A stretch of DNA of 64,000 bases, taken from sequence record MZ502379.1; one strand, 5' to 3'. Shown piece by piece: positions 63,051 through 64,000 of the stretch. Numbering within the stretch: the first letter of the stretch is position 1; each line of letters begins with the position of its first letter. The notes beneath the pieces are model-generated. The model saw nothing but the letters and a program-made list of their open reading frames with translations, had not been told where the DNA came from and ran no database searches. The translations under genes and the position numbers were made by a program. This DNA comes from Escherichia phage vB_EcoM_Shinka.

Positions 63051-63989
63051 TTATTTAAATTGTTCAGTAACGTCTTCAACTACTTCGTATTGGCAGGTAC
63101 GCATTTTAGCGTCGTTGTAATCAATCGGAATTGATACCACATCGCGAGGATGCACTTTAACTTTTACGACTCGGCTGGTTGAACTGCCAAAGTGACGAAT
63201 ATAAGATTTAGAACACACATGCAGACCACGAGAACAAGTTTGTGTATCATCGTCATTCACACGAGTACGTGGCATTTTAACTACTTTACCCGGACTGTTA
63301 TCAAAGGTATTTGAGTGACAGTCAAAGTAATTGCTGCGAACTACTTTCCAAGCATAGAAGTAGCCATCTTCTGTAATTTCAATATCGTTTGCTACCAAGA
63401 AATCAAAGAGTCGAGATACCGCTTTTTGGCTTGGGTTTTCCAGCAGATTTTCCAAGAACGGAAAATAAAATTCAAAGTTTTCGCCTTTTTCCATCGAGTC
63501 AAGAATACGATCAACCAAACCAGATCGCAATTCAATATTTTGATAGAATAAGCTTCCACCTTCAATTCGAACATCGCCGGAAATATATTTTTCAACAGCG
63601 CGACGAACATTAATTTTTTGTGCCGCTTCTTCTAACTTATCTGCTACGAGCAGATTAAGAATTTCCTGGAAGTTTGAATGAGTATTAGGTGTTGCGTTAT
63701 AAGTTACACCGTCGACAGTAATTGAAATGAATTTTTTAGATGCATTCCAAATAATGTCAGATTTAGCAACTGGAGCAATAACTGCATCGCTATTAACTTT
63801 AACTGTAATATCACCGCTAATAGTAACTTTAGGGCGTTTAGCTTCTTCAGCATTTTTCAAAACACGACGGATTGTGTCAACCGATACACCTTGCCAATCA
63901 GCCAATTCCTGTTGGGTGTAATTACCACTTGAATACAGCTTAACAATTTCAGCTTGTTCGTTTTTGGTCAGGCATTTAATATTGTACAT
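63051..63989 (-). CDS. rIIB: rapid lysis / exclusion protein RIIB
   Basis: 312-aa ORF MYNIKCLTKNEQAEIVKLYSSG...; classic AAGGAAAATT ribosome-binding site upstream. Confidence 0.95.
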   Translation of the reverse strand: MYNIKCLTKNEQAEIVKLYSSGNYTQQELADWQGVSVDTIRRVLKNAEEAKRPKVTISGDITVKVNSDAVIAPVAKSDIIWNASKKFISITVDGVTYNATPNTHSNFQEILNLLVADKLEEAAQKINVRRAVEKYISGDVRIEGGSLFYQNIELRSGLVDRILDSMEKGENFEFYFPFLENLLENPSQKAVSRLFDFLVANDIEITEDGYFYAWKVVRSNYFDCHSNTFDNSPGKVVKMPRTRVNDDDTQTCSRGLHVCSKSYIRHFGSSTSRVVKVKVHPRDVVSIPIDYNDAKMRTCQYEVVEDVTEQFK

Positions 63990-64000
63990 AATTTTCCTTA

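Overview
This window is a contiguous 64-kb segment of a T-even (T4-like, Tequatrovirus) coliphage genome, running from the 3-prime end of head gene 22 to rIIB. I assigned genes by recognising protein sequences and lengths from memory of phage T4; no database search was run. In order, it contains: the head genes 23/24, rnlB, hoc, inh, uvsW/uvsW.1, uvsY, the baseplate hub genes (25, 26, 51, 27, 28, 29, 48, 54), two tandem alt ADP-ribosyltransferase genes, DNA ligase (30) and the 30.x genes, rIII, 31, cd, pseT, a spanin pair, alc, rnlA, denA, nrdB, nrdA, an intron-containing td, frd, 32, 59, 33, dsbA, rnh, the long tail fibre genes 34-38, holin t, asiA, arn, motA, 52, stp, ndd, denB and rIIB. This is a well-characterised core and accessory region, not an obviously new system. 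The observations most worth a second look are: (1) alc is broken by a perfect 127-bp tandem duplication; (2) a second, full-length alt paralog with an intact R-S-ExE catalytic triad but a divergent central region; (3) the td group I intron is only 320 nt and keeps just the last ~21 codons of the I-TevI homing endonuclease; (4) a 68-codon ORF sits exactly between frd and td, overlapping both; (5) no seg homing endonuclease genes at the 23/24, inh/uvsW and 32/59 junctions and an uninterrupted nrdB; (6) a T2-type fibre tip (glycine-rich gp38 adhesin plus a gp37 C-terminal chaperone domain). Comparisons to the T4 reference are from memory and need confirmation by alignment.
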